This document shows, piece by piece, positions 12,901 through 27,081 of a DNA stretch of 64,000 bases (positions are counted from its first letter, which is position 1; the number at the start of each line of letters is the position of its first letter). This DNA is from Yuukianura sp. NJ FZ-2021 (lineage: Eukaryota): the NCBI GenBank assembly GCA_046563655.1, contig CM102290.1:1116001-1180000 (forward strand), in the 5' to 3' direction. The position numbers and the translations under genes are program-made. A model generated the notes under the pieces. It saw only the letters and a program-made list of their open reading frames with translations. It did not search any database and was not told the DNA's origin.

Positions 12901-15900
12901 AAGCTAATCATAAAAGTTTACTCAGGTTTGTGTAAGTCTGAATTCATATGTGAATCATACCACTTCCTGGACGAATTTCTACTGAATCTGTACAACTTCT
13001 TCATCAAAGAATTAGAAGCTCAGATTTGTTAACTCTTCAAAGTTACAATCATAGTCTAGCGGATGAGGTTAAAGTTCGGCCTAATTTTTCAAATGTGGTC
13101 AAATTACGCCGCTGCTTTTTTAACCCACTTTTCATCGTGATCGTTACTACGTCAGTCAGTCAGTCAGTCAGATACAGATCTGGAATCAGACCTTAAGCCT
13201 AATATCAATTGTACACTTTTCTTACACGCATACTAAAAAAAAACTTTAGCTAAATTTATCTTTTCCAACTGTCGCTCTTGCTCTTGAAAGTTTCAAGTTG
13301 AAACTGTCAACCACAAGCGTGAAGCATTGTACAAAAAATTTTTGATGATCGAAGATCAAATGCTCCAAATATATCTTTGCCAGGCGGAGTAACTGGGTTC
13401 AATTTTAGATTTTGTTTGAACCTGTGACTTCACCATCCATTTTACAGCTTTGTGTACAACGTTAACAATAAACTAAAAAGTTGTTCTCTTTAGAATTGGA
13501 TGGTGCAACATCACTCGGAAAGTTATCCCTGTTGAGCAAATGAAAAGTACAAGGTCCAAAATTACTATTTTATAGGAAATGACCCTAAAATTAATTCTTC
13601 CCTTGCACGACAATTGCTAATTCAACCTACACTATGCTTCAACACTACATTTGAAATAAGTAAAAAGAGTCACGCAGATTCCAAAGCCAAATCCAATCCT
13701 GTTTACCACTTTGTGTTATTTTAGACTTCAACTTTTGATACTTCAACGCTGCTTCAATGGAGTTCCTATCAATTTTGGTCATAGGCAGATTTCGAAATGG
13801 TGTCATTCCAAACCTTCAACGAAAAAGTTAAAGCTTTATACGCAGCATAGATCGAAAAAGTTTCACGAACAATTTCCAATTTCCCAAAGAAAAAAAATGA
13901 GCATTTTAAGAGATTAACTTTCACCTTTAGAATTGAAGAGAATGTGGTTGCTGATTAACCATTAACGTAAAAATTTTGAAATTTGAGAGAGTAGAAAACA
14001 CAGATTTTTTTTTTATAAAGAAAAAAGTAGACGTATACAAACAGTTCCATTTCATTCTGCTTTTTTTCTTCTTTGCGCACCACAAATCGCCGCCATCGCG
14101 CATCCATTTTTCATATCCCCCACTTTTTTAATGTTGTTTTTTTTTTGTTCAAGAAAAATCGGTTCCCTTGTATCTGTCAAGCCTTTTTTCCCCCTTCCAT
14201 GCTTCCCATGCGTCGACTTATTTCAATGCTCTAAAGTAGATTTTTTTTTTGTAGAAATTACCTACGAGCAAAGGAAGTAAAATGAAAAAGAATGTGAATA
14301 ACCTGCCAAATTTAGGAATTGTAGGAAATGAACTTAAACACTGCTGAGGATGAGAACTCCGCCTTCAAAATATACACTTACTTGTTAGAATTTCCTAAAC
14401 GAAGCATTAAGGAAGGGTGGCAGGATGTTACAAATTAAACTTTTAAGTCATTGACGAGCAAAAGTTTAAAGTAGTTTCAAAATCACTTACTAATTCAACA
14501 CAAATTTCTAAAATTCAAAATGAAATTCTAAAAGTTAAATCCAAAAGTCGGGTTCAGGATTTCTGAAATTCTAGTTTTTGTTTAATTTCTGCCTTTTTGC
14601 TGCAACTTCTTAAAAAAAGTGAATCCGCTTGAAGCAGTATTTGCGTGGATCAGTTGAAGCAAATATTTAGACAAGGATGGAACTGTTTTGTGGTGATGGC
14701 GTTGCACAGTCTGCATCTACCAGAAGAGCATTACTATAGCGTTGTGTCATGTTCTAATCAGGGAATCGTTTCTCATCTGCTAAAGAGGTCATTGTAAAGT
14801 TCAACCACAACGAATAACACTGCTCTTATGTTTTTCTCTGGTTTTTATTTGGGTTTTCGCACTGCTTCACTTCCGTCTCAAAGTATCACAGTTCAAACGA
14901 CGTGCCAAGAATGGGTTTCTGAAGATCTAAAATGATCCGGATCCCAGGATAATAATAAAATGAAGTCACTTTTAAAATATTCACTAACCTTGGAGTAACA
15001 TCTAACAATCTAACTTTAACTAACTTAGCTGAGGTAGTTTCTGCTCGAACTCAATTTCCTAACAACGTATAGGTAAACCCATGCCATTTTAGTAATTATG
15101 AAGAGCTGGTCACTTTTGAAGGTGATCCACTTACAAGCCAAATTATCTTTTTTAACGCAAATCTTTTTGAACTAATAAATGCCTTCCTCGTGCCTTTTCC
15201 TCATTCCATTTCATGTGTGTCTCAAACGATCTAATTTACTCTTAACACTTAAAACATAGGCGACACGTGGAGTTTCAATTTTTTCTAAACTGGAAAGTGT
15301 TGAACTCCAAACGCCAATTGCCAAGTTCAACAACGTTTCCACTTTAGAATGTGCGTTCCGCACAGGACGCAAACGGATCCAAATGTGCATAAGGAAGTTG
15401 CATTCGGCGTTTCAACAACTCCAAAAATAGCTTCCCTACCCTTGTACAGATTTTTTGAAATGTTTTCTTTAAAAATCCCGGCATGAAATTTTTACAAATT
15501 CACATGTTTCAAGAACCAAATTTTGACTTTAGTCTTAACCGTGAGTCATCTAGGAATGCGAAAGGTGTCGGTTGGAATATGAACCAATAATTTAAAAATA
15601 TGTGCAAAAATTGAAACGTGATCCATCTCCATTCCTCATAATGTACTTCTGAAGCATCAAATGGTTGGTTGAAAATTTTTAAAGTACCTAAAGTTTGAAA
15701 TTATTTCTGAACAAAGAAGGACCTAGTCATTCCCAGTTGGACAAGCGTCAGCACCTTGAACCCGAACCAAAGAATGCTGTTGGCTCGTTCAGACCCAGAA
15801 AAAAAAGCGTTGTGAAACTGAGGCAAGGAACAAAACTGACGTCCAGGTCTAAAAAAGTAATAATAAAGAAATAGGTCTGTGCTGCAGGGCAGAGTAAGGG

Positions 15901-18900
15901 ACTCCAAGTACCCTCTGAATCCCTTACGAGTCCATTTTTAAAAGGACAAGGCCTTAAGGAGAACAAAGAATACGAAGAAAAGAGACTTGGCAAGATGAAA
16001 ACGCATCTTCCTCCGACTGAAAAACAAGGAAAGATGAAAACGCATCTTGGTTCGTTTTTGAAAACATAGGGTAAGCGTGTTAAGCAATTGAAGAATCTAG
16101 AAGGAACGAAGTAAAGCCTTGCTCCTTCTCTCCAATCGTCTAACTTTCCAACGATTCCAAGAATCCTTGGCGAAGGGAGTACAATGGACTTAAGGGGCCT
16201 TTGTCCAGAAACAGCTCGTTTGGACTTTGGTCTGAGACGAAGGGCATATCCTTAGAGCAGCCTTCCAAGACTTAACCTTCACTTAACCAAAGTACCTTGT
16301 CGTTTGTGATGACAATGCATTGAAATGGGCAATTGGCCTCTTATGTAGTTGCCAAGTCTGCAACGTATCCTGAGGGATACTGCCTAACTTCAGTTACAAC
16401 TGGAACTCATGAATGGTAGATGTTTCGGCAGTGAACTTGCAACAAAGGAAATTCCAAACCAAATCGTTTCTTTGTCTTCTGCATTCAACAATTGTCCAAA
16501 AACTTGGCTCTTGGCTTTTTGGCACTTTAAGTCCACAAAATTTGAAATTTGGGTGTTGATGAGACCAGGTCGCCATGGTCATACAGTTCACCTAGATTTG
16601 GCAGTGTAGCAAATGATGCTAATCCTTACGACTTGTTCAGCATGCCCACTTTTATAGCTGTGAATGCTACAAAACCTAAAATTCTTTCTGTCTGTTACCG
16701 AATTTAAAAAAACGAGGAAAACATTTTAGGCGATTCTGAAAAATATTTCGGTTTGGGCAATACGTAGTAAGATTGTTTTTCATTTTTTTTAAAGTGCGGG
16801 ATTTGTTTGAATTCCTTTGACAATGTACTTGTGCACAATTACTTCAAAATACCCAATGAATGGTAACCTGCCGGAAATCCATTCACTTATAACTACTACA
16901 TATACTTTGAGGATGTGGATGACGTGAACCTTATTGTGTTTTTCCCAATTCCTCAAAATTATTCTTCGCCATAGCTCTCTGGATTTTCCAGGAAAATTGA
17001 ATTTCCAAAAAAAAAAAATCAAAAAACAATGCAAATTGTCAAGTAAAAGTGACAAGGCTTTCGAAACGCACTTTGCGTGTAATGCACAATTGTTACTACT
17101 TTTAAAGTGGTTGTACTGGATTAGCCCCTTGTTCTGCCTTCTCACCTTAAAAGATTTCCAAGGAAACTAGAAATAGATTACTACTCTGTGGTAATGGTAA
17201 TGCATTCAGTATTCAGTAGAAGGTGAAACATGATTTTTATTAAGGTTGTCCCTCCTTAACACCTTCACATTATTAAACCCCACACAACCTTAGTCCAAAT
17301 CAACGCAAATCAAAATCCAACTACACAAGTTAGGGCAGTCACCATATAAAAATATACGCATGAGGTGCTAACCAGTTGGAAATTTACTGATCTTATGACT
17401 ACACCCCTCTAGGAAACAATTTACTTCAGTTGCCAGCCAAATTTAAAAAATATGAGTTGTACATTTTAAATCAGAAATTTCGAAATTTTAAATTGACATA
17501 GGAAGCTCCACATACGAACGATCCTGATGCGATGTTACGCACAGTGCCAAATCATGTTTAAACTTTCCCTTTCAAAGTATTTCAAAATTTCAACAATTCG
17601 AAGCCGTTGCCACCATTTATTGCAAAACTAAACTGACGAAACCAGTTCTCTCAGACAGAACAAGGTTTAGCCACACACTCTCAGATATAAAAAGTCTGGA
17701 ATTTTTATACCACTGGTTGCTGCTCGTGAATCAAGAAAATTTGAAACCAACAAAATTAAGTCCATTTCTCTTTGCTAAACGATCCATGCAGAAATGGCAG
17801 GTGAAACTGGGCGGGTAAGGATCCCAGGAAAAATGTACAGTATGACTCAAAAGTTCTTATTCATTTGAATCAAATCATCATAAGTATATTGACTCATGGA
17901 CTTTGTTATGTGGCTCCTTGAGAGTAATCCAAGAACAAAGAATTACAATCAAGAACAAAGTGTGTGTCAGTGTTAGCAAGCAGCTAACCTAACAAAAAGT
18001 GGGAGATCACAAATCACATCTGCGAGGTCTCATTAACTTAAAATAAATCCTAAAATGTAGACGTTGAATATCAACTGTTACTGTGACCTTGACTAACCTT
18101 GTACCAGCGCCTGCGCCAAACCATTTCGCAACTCTCCTGCTTCATTTAGCCCAAATTGAAATTAAATAACTGCAATCTAGCGCAAATTGTTGAGCTCTGT
18201 CTGTGGGAAACAAAGTTAATTAACACTCATTGGGAATTTACAAAAATAAATCCGCTCCGTAGTGATGTTAACTTCATAACTTTTTTTTTAAAAAAGTCGC
18301 ACATTCCCATATCACTCTTGAATTGTATAATTATGTTGTTTTAATTATAAATTATCTGTTTTTAAACTTAAGAGATGATGCGAAAAACAAAAGGATGCTA
18401 CTAGGTTTACAGTAATTAAAATTAGAGAGTCGTTTCCAACTGCTTTAGACAAAGAGAGCGGAGAAAGTAAAAAAAATGAAAGGGATTGACAAGTCAGGAG
18501 ACAAAAGGAAGTAACTATAGACAAAATCATAAGACGTAGACGACAAACTTTTGCAAAGAATATGTTGTGAGACAGAGTGTATATGTACAAGATGTGCCAT
18601 AGTATAAGTTGGGAGTAACACAGTACAATACCCTTTGGAAAGTTAGTTCCTTCCCCCCATTATTCCTCCCTTAAACTTTAAATGTTAAAACGACATTGCG
18701 AAAAAGGGAAAGAAAAACTTTCGACTTTCAAATAATCTACTTTTTACTTTTTGCAATCATGCACGCTCACCAGCAGCCCCAAACTGAAAGTGATGAGAGT
18801 TTAATAAGTCACTCAACTTTTGGAAAACGGTACTATGCCAAACCTACTTCATTTTGATTTACGCTACAAGCATAACCCAGCATTCCCTATTAATAAAGTC

Positions 18901-21900
18901 TCTAGCACAACATGCCTTTTCAACATCTTTTATGAGACATCCACAATCTGAACTCTGTACAGACTCTTTTTCAGAACTTCTGCATAATGTCACCGGATCC
19001 TGCCAATAACTTGCTCAATTTCCCTGCGTTTTTTAGTTTTTAGTTTGTTTTTGGCAGAGTTTCTACCAAATTTTCGCCAAACTGCAATTATAATTTGTGA
19101 ATCTTTGGCTTTGAGTTTTCTGAAACCAAGTTTTTTGAATTTAGAAAAATTTGTAGAGTGCCACCCAAGTACAAACGGAGTCAAGGTATTATTTGTGTGT
19201 TGAAAGACAAGACAAGGCCAAAACGTATATAAAAGAGAGACGAAGGAATTGAATGGTTAAGCGACAGGATAAGGTCATTCGGAAGTACAAAGCAATGTTA
19301 CAAGCGGGAGAGAACGACCTACTTGTAGCCTTGGCTTTGTTCTCAAAATCCATAACCCAAAAAATTTTCTCTAACTATTTTTTGCTTTTTCAAAAAAGCG
19401 GAGAGTGATCTCTCCAAAAGTTGTTCCTGCCCAGGGAAGAAGACATGGAGAAGAACAAAGACGTTTTCCAGCCTCCATTCCTTGCGGGAGATCCACTCAA
19501 CCTAAATACCTATCGATAACCACCTGCCATACACACCTAAAGTATGAACCAACAGACTACGTTTACTTTAGGTAATTAGCAGTTAGACTTAAGAACACAG
19601 GCTAGGTTAACCTAACAGAGACATAGCTTAACCTACGTCTAAGGGAACACGTAAGCTCAAGGCGTCATGGCATGTAAGGGCTCATGTTCCTTCAAATGGA
19701 CCCCTTGCCAGCCTTCATCTGTCCTCCACAAAGTCCTATGAAGCATCTGCTTCATTACAATTTTAGTTGAAGCACCAATTGACTCTTCAATGCAACTACT
19801 GGAAACGATCAGCATCTTGTGGAAGGATTGTGATGCCGTTGCTTCGAATAGAAATGATTCGAATGGAATTGTTTCGAAAAATAATTGCTTCGAAACGCTC
19901 ATTTTTATGCCTAAACCTAACTTAAACCTACTTTAAGCCTTAAACTCTAAACAATAATTTTCCAAAGCAATTCACATTCGAAACAATAATTTTTCGAAGC
20001 AATTCGCATTCGAAACAAACTTTTCGAAACAATGGCGTGCTACCTACCTCTTTGGATCCTGACAGGGTAGGTGGTTGGGTTACGTTTGCTTCCAATACAC
20101 AAAACGGATCAATAGACATTTCTAGACGGAACGTTTCCTTTTTGTTACGGAGCCAAAGCTCCGAAAGATTTTAAGGGAAAGTCAAGGAAGACGGTGGGCT
20201 AGCCAGGCTCTACGTCTCACATCTGCCGCGGCTCAAAATATCTTTTCCCTCCTCGCATCATCCATAACTAGCTAGGAGGACTCACTTTTGCTGCTCTTCG
20301 TAGACGTGTGAAGCTCAAATCTTGTTCAGAACAACAATTTGAGCAGTTGAAGATACAGACATCTGCCTAATACTATAGGAAAAGTTTCCAATCTTTTCAA
20401 CTATTTGTACAGCTTCAACGGATGATGAACAAACCATTTACCTGACTGACGCTATTCATACCGGAAACAAAAGCCACTTTCATTGTCACTTCCATGTCCA
20501 AGGTAACGGCGTCATCACACTAACAATGACCACTACTAGCTTGACTGTACTCTCACTCTGACCTCAACCTCTGCTGCTGTGGATCCAATAAAAGCAACAC
20601 ATTTTTTAGGAAATTGGCAACAGGGAATGGAGGGAGTGCGATGGGAATGAATTCAAGGTCAATGAACTTCGTCCATTCTCTTCCCCGTGTGATCTACTCC
20701 ATTCAAAAGTGCAAAAAGAGTCTCAACGACCTCGTCCAAGTCGGATTTTGCCAAGAAAAGATTTTAAGGAGTTCGTTCAACGATTTGTTGTTCAAAAGCA
20801 TCCTTATGTTTTGCATGCGATCTCTCCAATTCCAGTGCAGAGAGGGGAAAAGCTCTTAAATTGAAAACAAACAATTTTAATCACTCACACGTTTTCTAAA
20901 GTGACGACGAACGAGTAGTATAAACGGGAGATCATTGGCTTCTCAACCCAACAGAATCTCTTGGCTCAACAAATTAAGTTACAATTTGTAACTTTGATTT
21001 TGAAAACTCAAAAAAACGAGGACTATAATTTCATAAATCTGCAACTATTTGGCCAAAATCTCCTGTTTTGAGTGATTCCTGATGTGATCTGTAGAGATTT
21101 GAGCTGATGTGCGTGGGATGAGGAAGCGGGTTTGAGTGAACGGAATCTAAAGAATGCATGGTAGGATGAGTAAATGGACGACGATCCGTGAAGTGGAGTT
21201 GCCCATTGCCAAATGCCCAATATCATCATTGGCATACGCATGTCTAATTCTTACTTTTTAGACTCAATCTGTTGTACTATAACACCATGGAGGAACCACT
21301 TGTAACTCCAAAGTATATATCTCCAAGCCTTCAATCTTCCTTCTAATGGAGGAGGAAGTGAGAAGTGGGGAGGTGTGTAATTTAGTCAGATGCACAAGTA
21401 CTAGTTAGAACAACTCCAGGACATCGTACTTTATACATGAAAAAAAAGTGTTCAAGGAATCTCGTCCTGGTGCAGCAGAAGATGACGACAAGTCACTACT
21501 ACTGCTGACTGGGATAATCAGCCCATCCAAACAAAGGAATGGAAACAAAAGAAAAATATGTCTGAATGGAAGTTGTAGGAAGCTCAAAAGTTGAATATTT
21601 GACGCAAGTCTGGTTGATCCAAGAGAAAAGTTTCCTAGTCCCTGTGTCGGGGTCATAAATAAATGTTTTACGTAAACAATAGGCAGATAGCACTTCGTCT
21701 TCTGCCCATTTTACTTCAAAGGTTATCGACTCAAGGCTCAAATTCAATATTTCCCGCTTCCTCACCACCACAACTCTCTAACCTTCGACCTACTCTTATT
21801 CCCTCCATTTTCAACACTAACTCCCGAAAGGTCACTCGAGGTCAGGAGTGATTCCAGTGTTTAACTTATGCTGGGGGAGGACAGTGTTGACCTTTGTGGC

Positions 21901-23899
21901 AGAACAAAATGGCATTGACCTTGGTGGAAAGTACTAAAAATCTAGGGGACTATCCATGTTGAAAATGACTAAAATTGGGAACAGAGTTGAGTCTGAGTGG
22001 GATAGCGGCCAGAGTTAAAGTGGAGGTTAAGTCCAATGGGAAAAGCCTTCGGAAAGTATAACGGGTAATTTAGATTAGATGACAACGGTTCTCCAGAAGT
22101 GTCAAATTTAATTATCAGAGCACCAGGCACAAAACCATTAACCACACAAGGCCAGTTCAACATTATTATATATTTACCACCTCAACTATAACTTCCACCA
22201 CCAACGAAGAAGCCTTGCGTCGCCTTCTGCGTTGTTCCAGGATAAGATTCTACTATGCCTAACAGAGGCTTCACTTTTTAGTTAACAGTTCATTCCAAAT
22301 TAATCCTCTAAACAGAATTCAATTTTAAATTTGACGACTTCAAAGTATGTACTAAACTGTGACGTCAGTTGCAAAACTAATTTAAAATTAAGTGCATAAC
22401 TCAACTGAGCTTTGCTTACGTGTAGCACTTGTCAGACCCAATTTTTACATTTCTTGTAGTAGTTTCAGGAATAACCCAAAAATAAAATTGTGCAAAAAAA
22501 ATTAAACTTCCGGTTACAAGAAAAAACTATTTTGGAGTGCATACTGGAAAATTAATTGAAAATTTTGCTGAACTTTTGGAAAAATTGCGTCAGGAGGGAA
22601 ATAAACAAGCTAATACGTAGGAGTCAAATCAAACGCTGTCAAGTGACTGACGTCAAACGCCTATAAAAAGGTTAACCAAAAAGTACAAACTGTAATTTGA
22701 CGCCATACATTTGTTTTTCACGAAAAAAAAAACTAATAATTTTAACACTTCCTAAAATTTCAAGAGGGAGAAAGTACTATTATAAATTCAAAAATGAGTA
22801 GGCTGAAAGTGTAGCGTTCCACTAACGGACGTTTGGTTATTCATGAATCTATGATTGATCTCAAGGTTAAGTTCAAAAAATTTGAATTGTGAAGAAACAG
22901 AAAGAAGGTGACAAGACAGTAGTGTAGCATGGCAAGTGCAGTGGGAGGTTTAGAAAAACTGTTTGGAATTGGACTTTGTCTAGTTTAAGAATTGAGAGCG
23001 TGTTGGAAAATAAAAAAAAAACTGAAAAAGTTGGAAATTACGTTGAACGAAATTAGGAAAAGCCTTGACATTTTCCATGAAAAACTTTAGGTTGGAATCC
23101 CACAAGTAAATTTGCCACTTCTGAGCAACGCTGAACAATTTCTGAAGCGGTCTGGAATAAGTAAATAGGGCTTAACAAGGATATGTCGTCACTAAACAGT
23201 TCACCCTCTTACGCGCCTCCCACAACCTTAAAACTTGTGAACAATTCTGAATTTTAGACTCAATTAACGTTCCCACCAAACTTCACTTTTCTTAAACCAA
23301 CTCGCCAACTTAGCAATTCTTTGCAATCGATAAGTGAATCCGATCCCAAGTTAGGAATGAAGGATGAGCATAAAGTCATAGATGCTTTGAAAAAACTTTT
23401 GAAAGTGTTAAATAATACTCATTTATAGTCTCCTTCAAGGAACTTAAGTTGCGAACTTTGGAACGATGTTGTAAAAAATATAATTTGAAACTTACCAAAC
23501 GACTCCAAATGCTCCGTACCCAATGGGTCTATCCGGCTGAATGTCAACTGGAGATGAGCGTTCAGATCCACTATTAGAATTAGTATTGTTGCTGCCATTA
23601 ACATTTGCACTAGAGGCACTGGGCGTTCCATTTGACCCATGAAATGATCCCAACATTGATCCAGTTCCTGTTGCACTTTTGATCACACTGCCCCCTGGGC
23701 CCTGATTACTTCCAGAAGAGGACACATGAGCTTGTGGTGGGCCTTGGGACCCTTGACCTTGACCTGACGCTGACGAATTGGAGCCAGTTCCATTGTGAAA
23801 GTATGCTGCGGCAAGAACGGCTTGTTGATGATGCGAGTGATGGTGGGCGTGCGGATGATGACCCATCATTGGGGCTGCTGGACCCGCCAAAGTTGACAT
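968..23899 (-). CDS. NLK: Nemo-like serine/threonine kinase (MAPK family), 7 coding exons, ~510 aa
   Basis: Exons (minus strand): 23899-23496, 7977-7792, 7645-7539, 5657-5362, 3182-2994, 2520-2225, 1022-968. All introns are GT-AG and phases match; total 1533 nt. The N-terminus is His/Ala/Gln/Ser-rich. Motifs include [25 protein letters not shown], the NLK-diagnostic activation loop [11 protein letters not shown], the C-terminal [10 protein letters not shown] and [12 protein letters not shown]. Intron 1 is ~15.5 kb. Confidence 0.96.
19832..20040. mobile_element. Small MITE-like foldback element with TTCGAA-rich arms and a central CCTAA/CCTAAA tract, in NLK intron 1
   Basis: Imperfect terminal inverted repeat ATGCCGTTGCTTCGAA / TTCGAAACAATGGCGT, with repeated TTCGAA units in both arms. 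Its right end ATGGCGTGCT is shared with the element at 35183-35458. Confidence 0.5.
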
Positions 23900-26800
23900 T
23901 TCCAACTAAACAACGCTTTACAGTTTCAAATTGAGGGAATCCTCAAACTCCGTTAAATCCTCCCGCCAGGAAGGTTTGCAGTTCAAAAGTAAAATTCAGC
24001 GTATTGGACACTTTGTGGTAAGATTCAGTTCAGGAGTGAAAGGACGAAGAGATGCGAATGACGCAAGGTGATTGACTTGCACTTTGTTGGTGGCTGGGGT
24101 GTTGACCTGTGTTTTCTGTGAGACCCACTTCCGTTCCTATGACAGTGGTCGACTACTGGTGCACTTTGACCCGAGTGACCTTGACCTGTGTCAGAGTAGA
24201 TGTCGTGGGAAACGGTGTTGGTCTACTGTTGGTTAAGTTTAACTGCTAAGATGTGGTTCCCCCAAGCCCCAACTGCTATCTGAGGCCGTGGCAGAGAAGC
24301 GTAGTGGGAATGATTGTGATTTCCCTTCTGATGGCGAGGAGCTACAAATCCAAAATCCCTCCCAGCCCAAAGCATAACGCACTGCACTGCCAACTTTACA
24401 CAGCAAAGTTCCCCTTATTGTCTCAGCATTAGCCAACCCACCACCAGTACCGTAAAATTCTAAAATATACCATGCTTAATAAACTACAGTCACTTTTCCA
24501 GTCATACGTCAGCAACTGTACACTAATTTCGTGACAAGCCTCTTTCTAACGATTAATGTGTTCATATCCAATGGATAGATTAAAAAAGAAGAGTAGTTCA
24601 ATTTCTGTTAATTTGTGAATTATTTCATTTTTTTTTCATTTCCGTCTTTTCGAAATTAAAACCAACGATACTTTCCCAGAATTTCGAATTCGAAGAAATT
24701 CGAATGATAACTGAAAAATAGTCAATTTTGAAATTAAAATAGAACCTCGTTCATCACTAGATATACCGTACAGTTTACACTTTTACACAGTTTACAGTTA
24801 GGCAAATTAAACACTGATTGAAACGTTATCAATTCAAGCTAACTAAATTAGGTTAGGTTATTTAATCAAATAGACATACGGAAACAAAGACAAAGCACTT
24901 TTTGTTTTAAAATCAGTTTCTCATAATTTTTGAAACCAAAAAATCATTTTTTTTTTAAAAAAAATCTTTCAAAACAAATCCACCAAAGTTCATGTTTGGC
25001 CTCTTGTAGAAATTTTCCGGTACTCCGTTCTCTGGTGCTGTAGTGAGGCTCTGGGAAAGTTTTATCAAAAAAATTCTTCTAGTCCACCACCACCGCCATG
25101 GAAGGCAGGCACTGACAACGGTGAAAGGATCGATCCCCTCCATAGCCTTTTGGAAACACAACCAAAATCCACTTTTTGGTTCAAAAACCTCGTTTTGTCC
25201 CTAATTTTAGTATTTTAAATTTAGAGAAACAAATGGACACAAAAGGACCACGGTGAACTGGGGTTCTCTAGCCAACAAAGCTCTACAAAGTTCTTGGAAG
25301 CCAGTTTAACCTTAATTTCCTCCGCTTCTACCGCAATTACTCGCCGTATACTTAACGAGCACTCTGACAAGTGCAATAACCAAAGAACGTAGATTTTTTT
25401 TTTTTTTGCAAACACTGCCATTTAGACTTATGGCTTCCATGGACACCCTAAGCTCTGGTGGCAAAGAATTTGCAAAATACAGTCCATCTTACTTCTTCCA
25501 GTTCAAAAGGAAGCCTTCGACCTTTCTCCGCAGCAAAACTTGGAAAGTTCAATATGGTTTTGTCCTCCTCCAACAAAAAATTCAACACCAAGTTTTACAA
25601 CCGGGCATTTCCGCCACGAGTCCAACAAACTCTGTTTCCTTATTTCTGTTTTCCTGGAAGAACCGCTAGTTTAGATGCTCTACACCTTCACCGCCCTGCA
25701 TAAAGTTTCTAATGAAATTGTGCATAGAAGTACCTGCCAAATTCGGTTCTATCCAACAGACACTTTTTTTAACTTTTCTTGGAATGAAATAAAGGAAACC
25801 CTTTGATCTTTTCAGTCTATCCGAGAAACGTCTTCTGATAAAGTAAAATCCCGCCGCAATTCTGCATCTTTTGCACTTGTCTGATTCCAAAAAATTGATT
25901 CGTGGAATCAAGCGCTGTACTGAACTGTTCAAAATGTCATAAGTGAGATAATGGTCACAAAGCTGACTTTTCTGCAACTGCAACCAATGTGGAAGCCAAT
26001 CAATTATACCTTATTCAATTGACGTCACAAGGGTCACGTAAGGTCAGAACCTTAGTCCAAACATAATGAAGGTAGTAAATCCGAAGTTGCAACTTCTTTT
26101 TCCAGAAATTTGATTTATCTGATACAATTTTTGATGAACCGAGTTGGAATGGAAGTGTTTAGAACTACAAGTGCTCACAGTTCAAAGAATCAAAAATGAC
26201 AAAATATTTTTAAACTTAATTTATGTCATGCTTTGACTTGGTACAATTTATGTCCCCGGTTGGCTGTATATCTCTTTGTTCTATCGCATCGACTAAACAC
26301 TTCTTGCAATTCATCTATTCGTACATGTCACATTAAAACACATGTTTTTGACGACTAATGCCTTTGCACTTTCTTCAAAGAACTTTTCAGAATGAATTTT
26401 GTTGTGTCAAAAAAATAAAGAAAATGAGTCATACTTTGAATAAAATGAAGTCAGTGAATTGAGATCAACAATTGAAATGCAAGGATGCAACATGAAATTT
26501 ACAATTACATACAACTTACAAAACTTAAGTTCAATTGTTGCTTTTGAAAATGTGGCGCCATCTTTGAGCATAGTAAGCAGATTGGCTCAAAAAACCACTA
26601 TCCATCACATCATTTCTGCAGTATTTCTTTTCAAGGAGGCGTCGCACATCCTTATGAAATAAAATTTTTACTTTTTGAAATCACTAATCACTTAAAACTG
26701 CTAGCATAACCACCCATTTCATTCATTTCATAAACATTATCGAGATTTTATCAAAAATTTATTGATTCGTTTAAGCCTCAATCAAAGTAATAATTAAAAA

Positions 26801-27081
26801 TTCTTTGGACAAAATCACGTGAGAATCCAAAAATACGTAAGTTTGGATACAAATTAATGTTAATTTTAGATTTTTAAATTTTTTTTACAAATTATAAAAT
26901 GCGCGAAGTTTACATTCTAAAATTTTCATAGTAAAAACTACAATTCAAGGTACAGTATGTTGTAAGGCTATGTTTGGTAACTTTGGAAGGTGAAAATGGT
27001 TGCTACAGGGTATAAATATCACAAAATCCCTTTCAGTTCATCTCGTCTGCGTTGTTAAGGGCAGCAGGGCCTACGCCCTGC

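Noticed and set aside
15992..16049. Direct repeat AAGATGAAAACGCATCTT (two copies, each self-complementary)
   Set aside because: Only two copies with no further structure; most likely a local duplication.
8000..23400. Many 60-120-aa ORFs in NLK intron 1 (e.g. 16789-17145, 21499-21771) as nested genes
   Set aside because: They show no recognisable domains or consistent exon chains, are mostly non-ATG starts, and have the composition expected of AT-rich intron.
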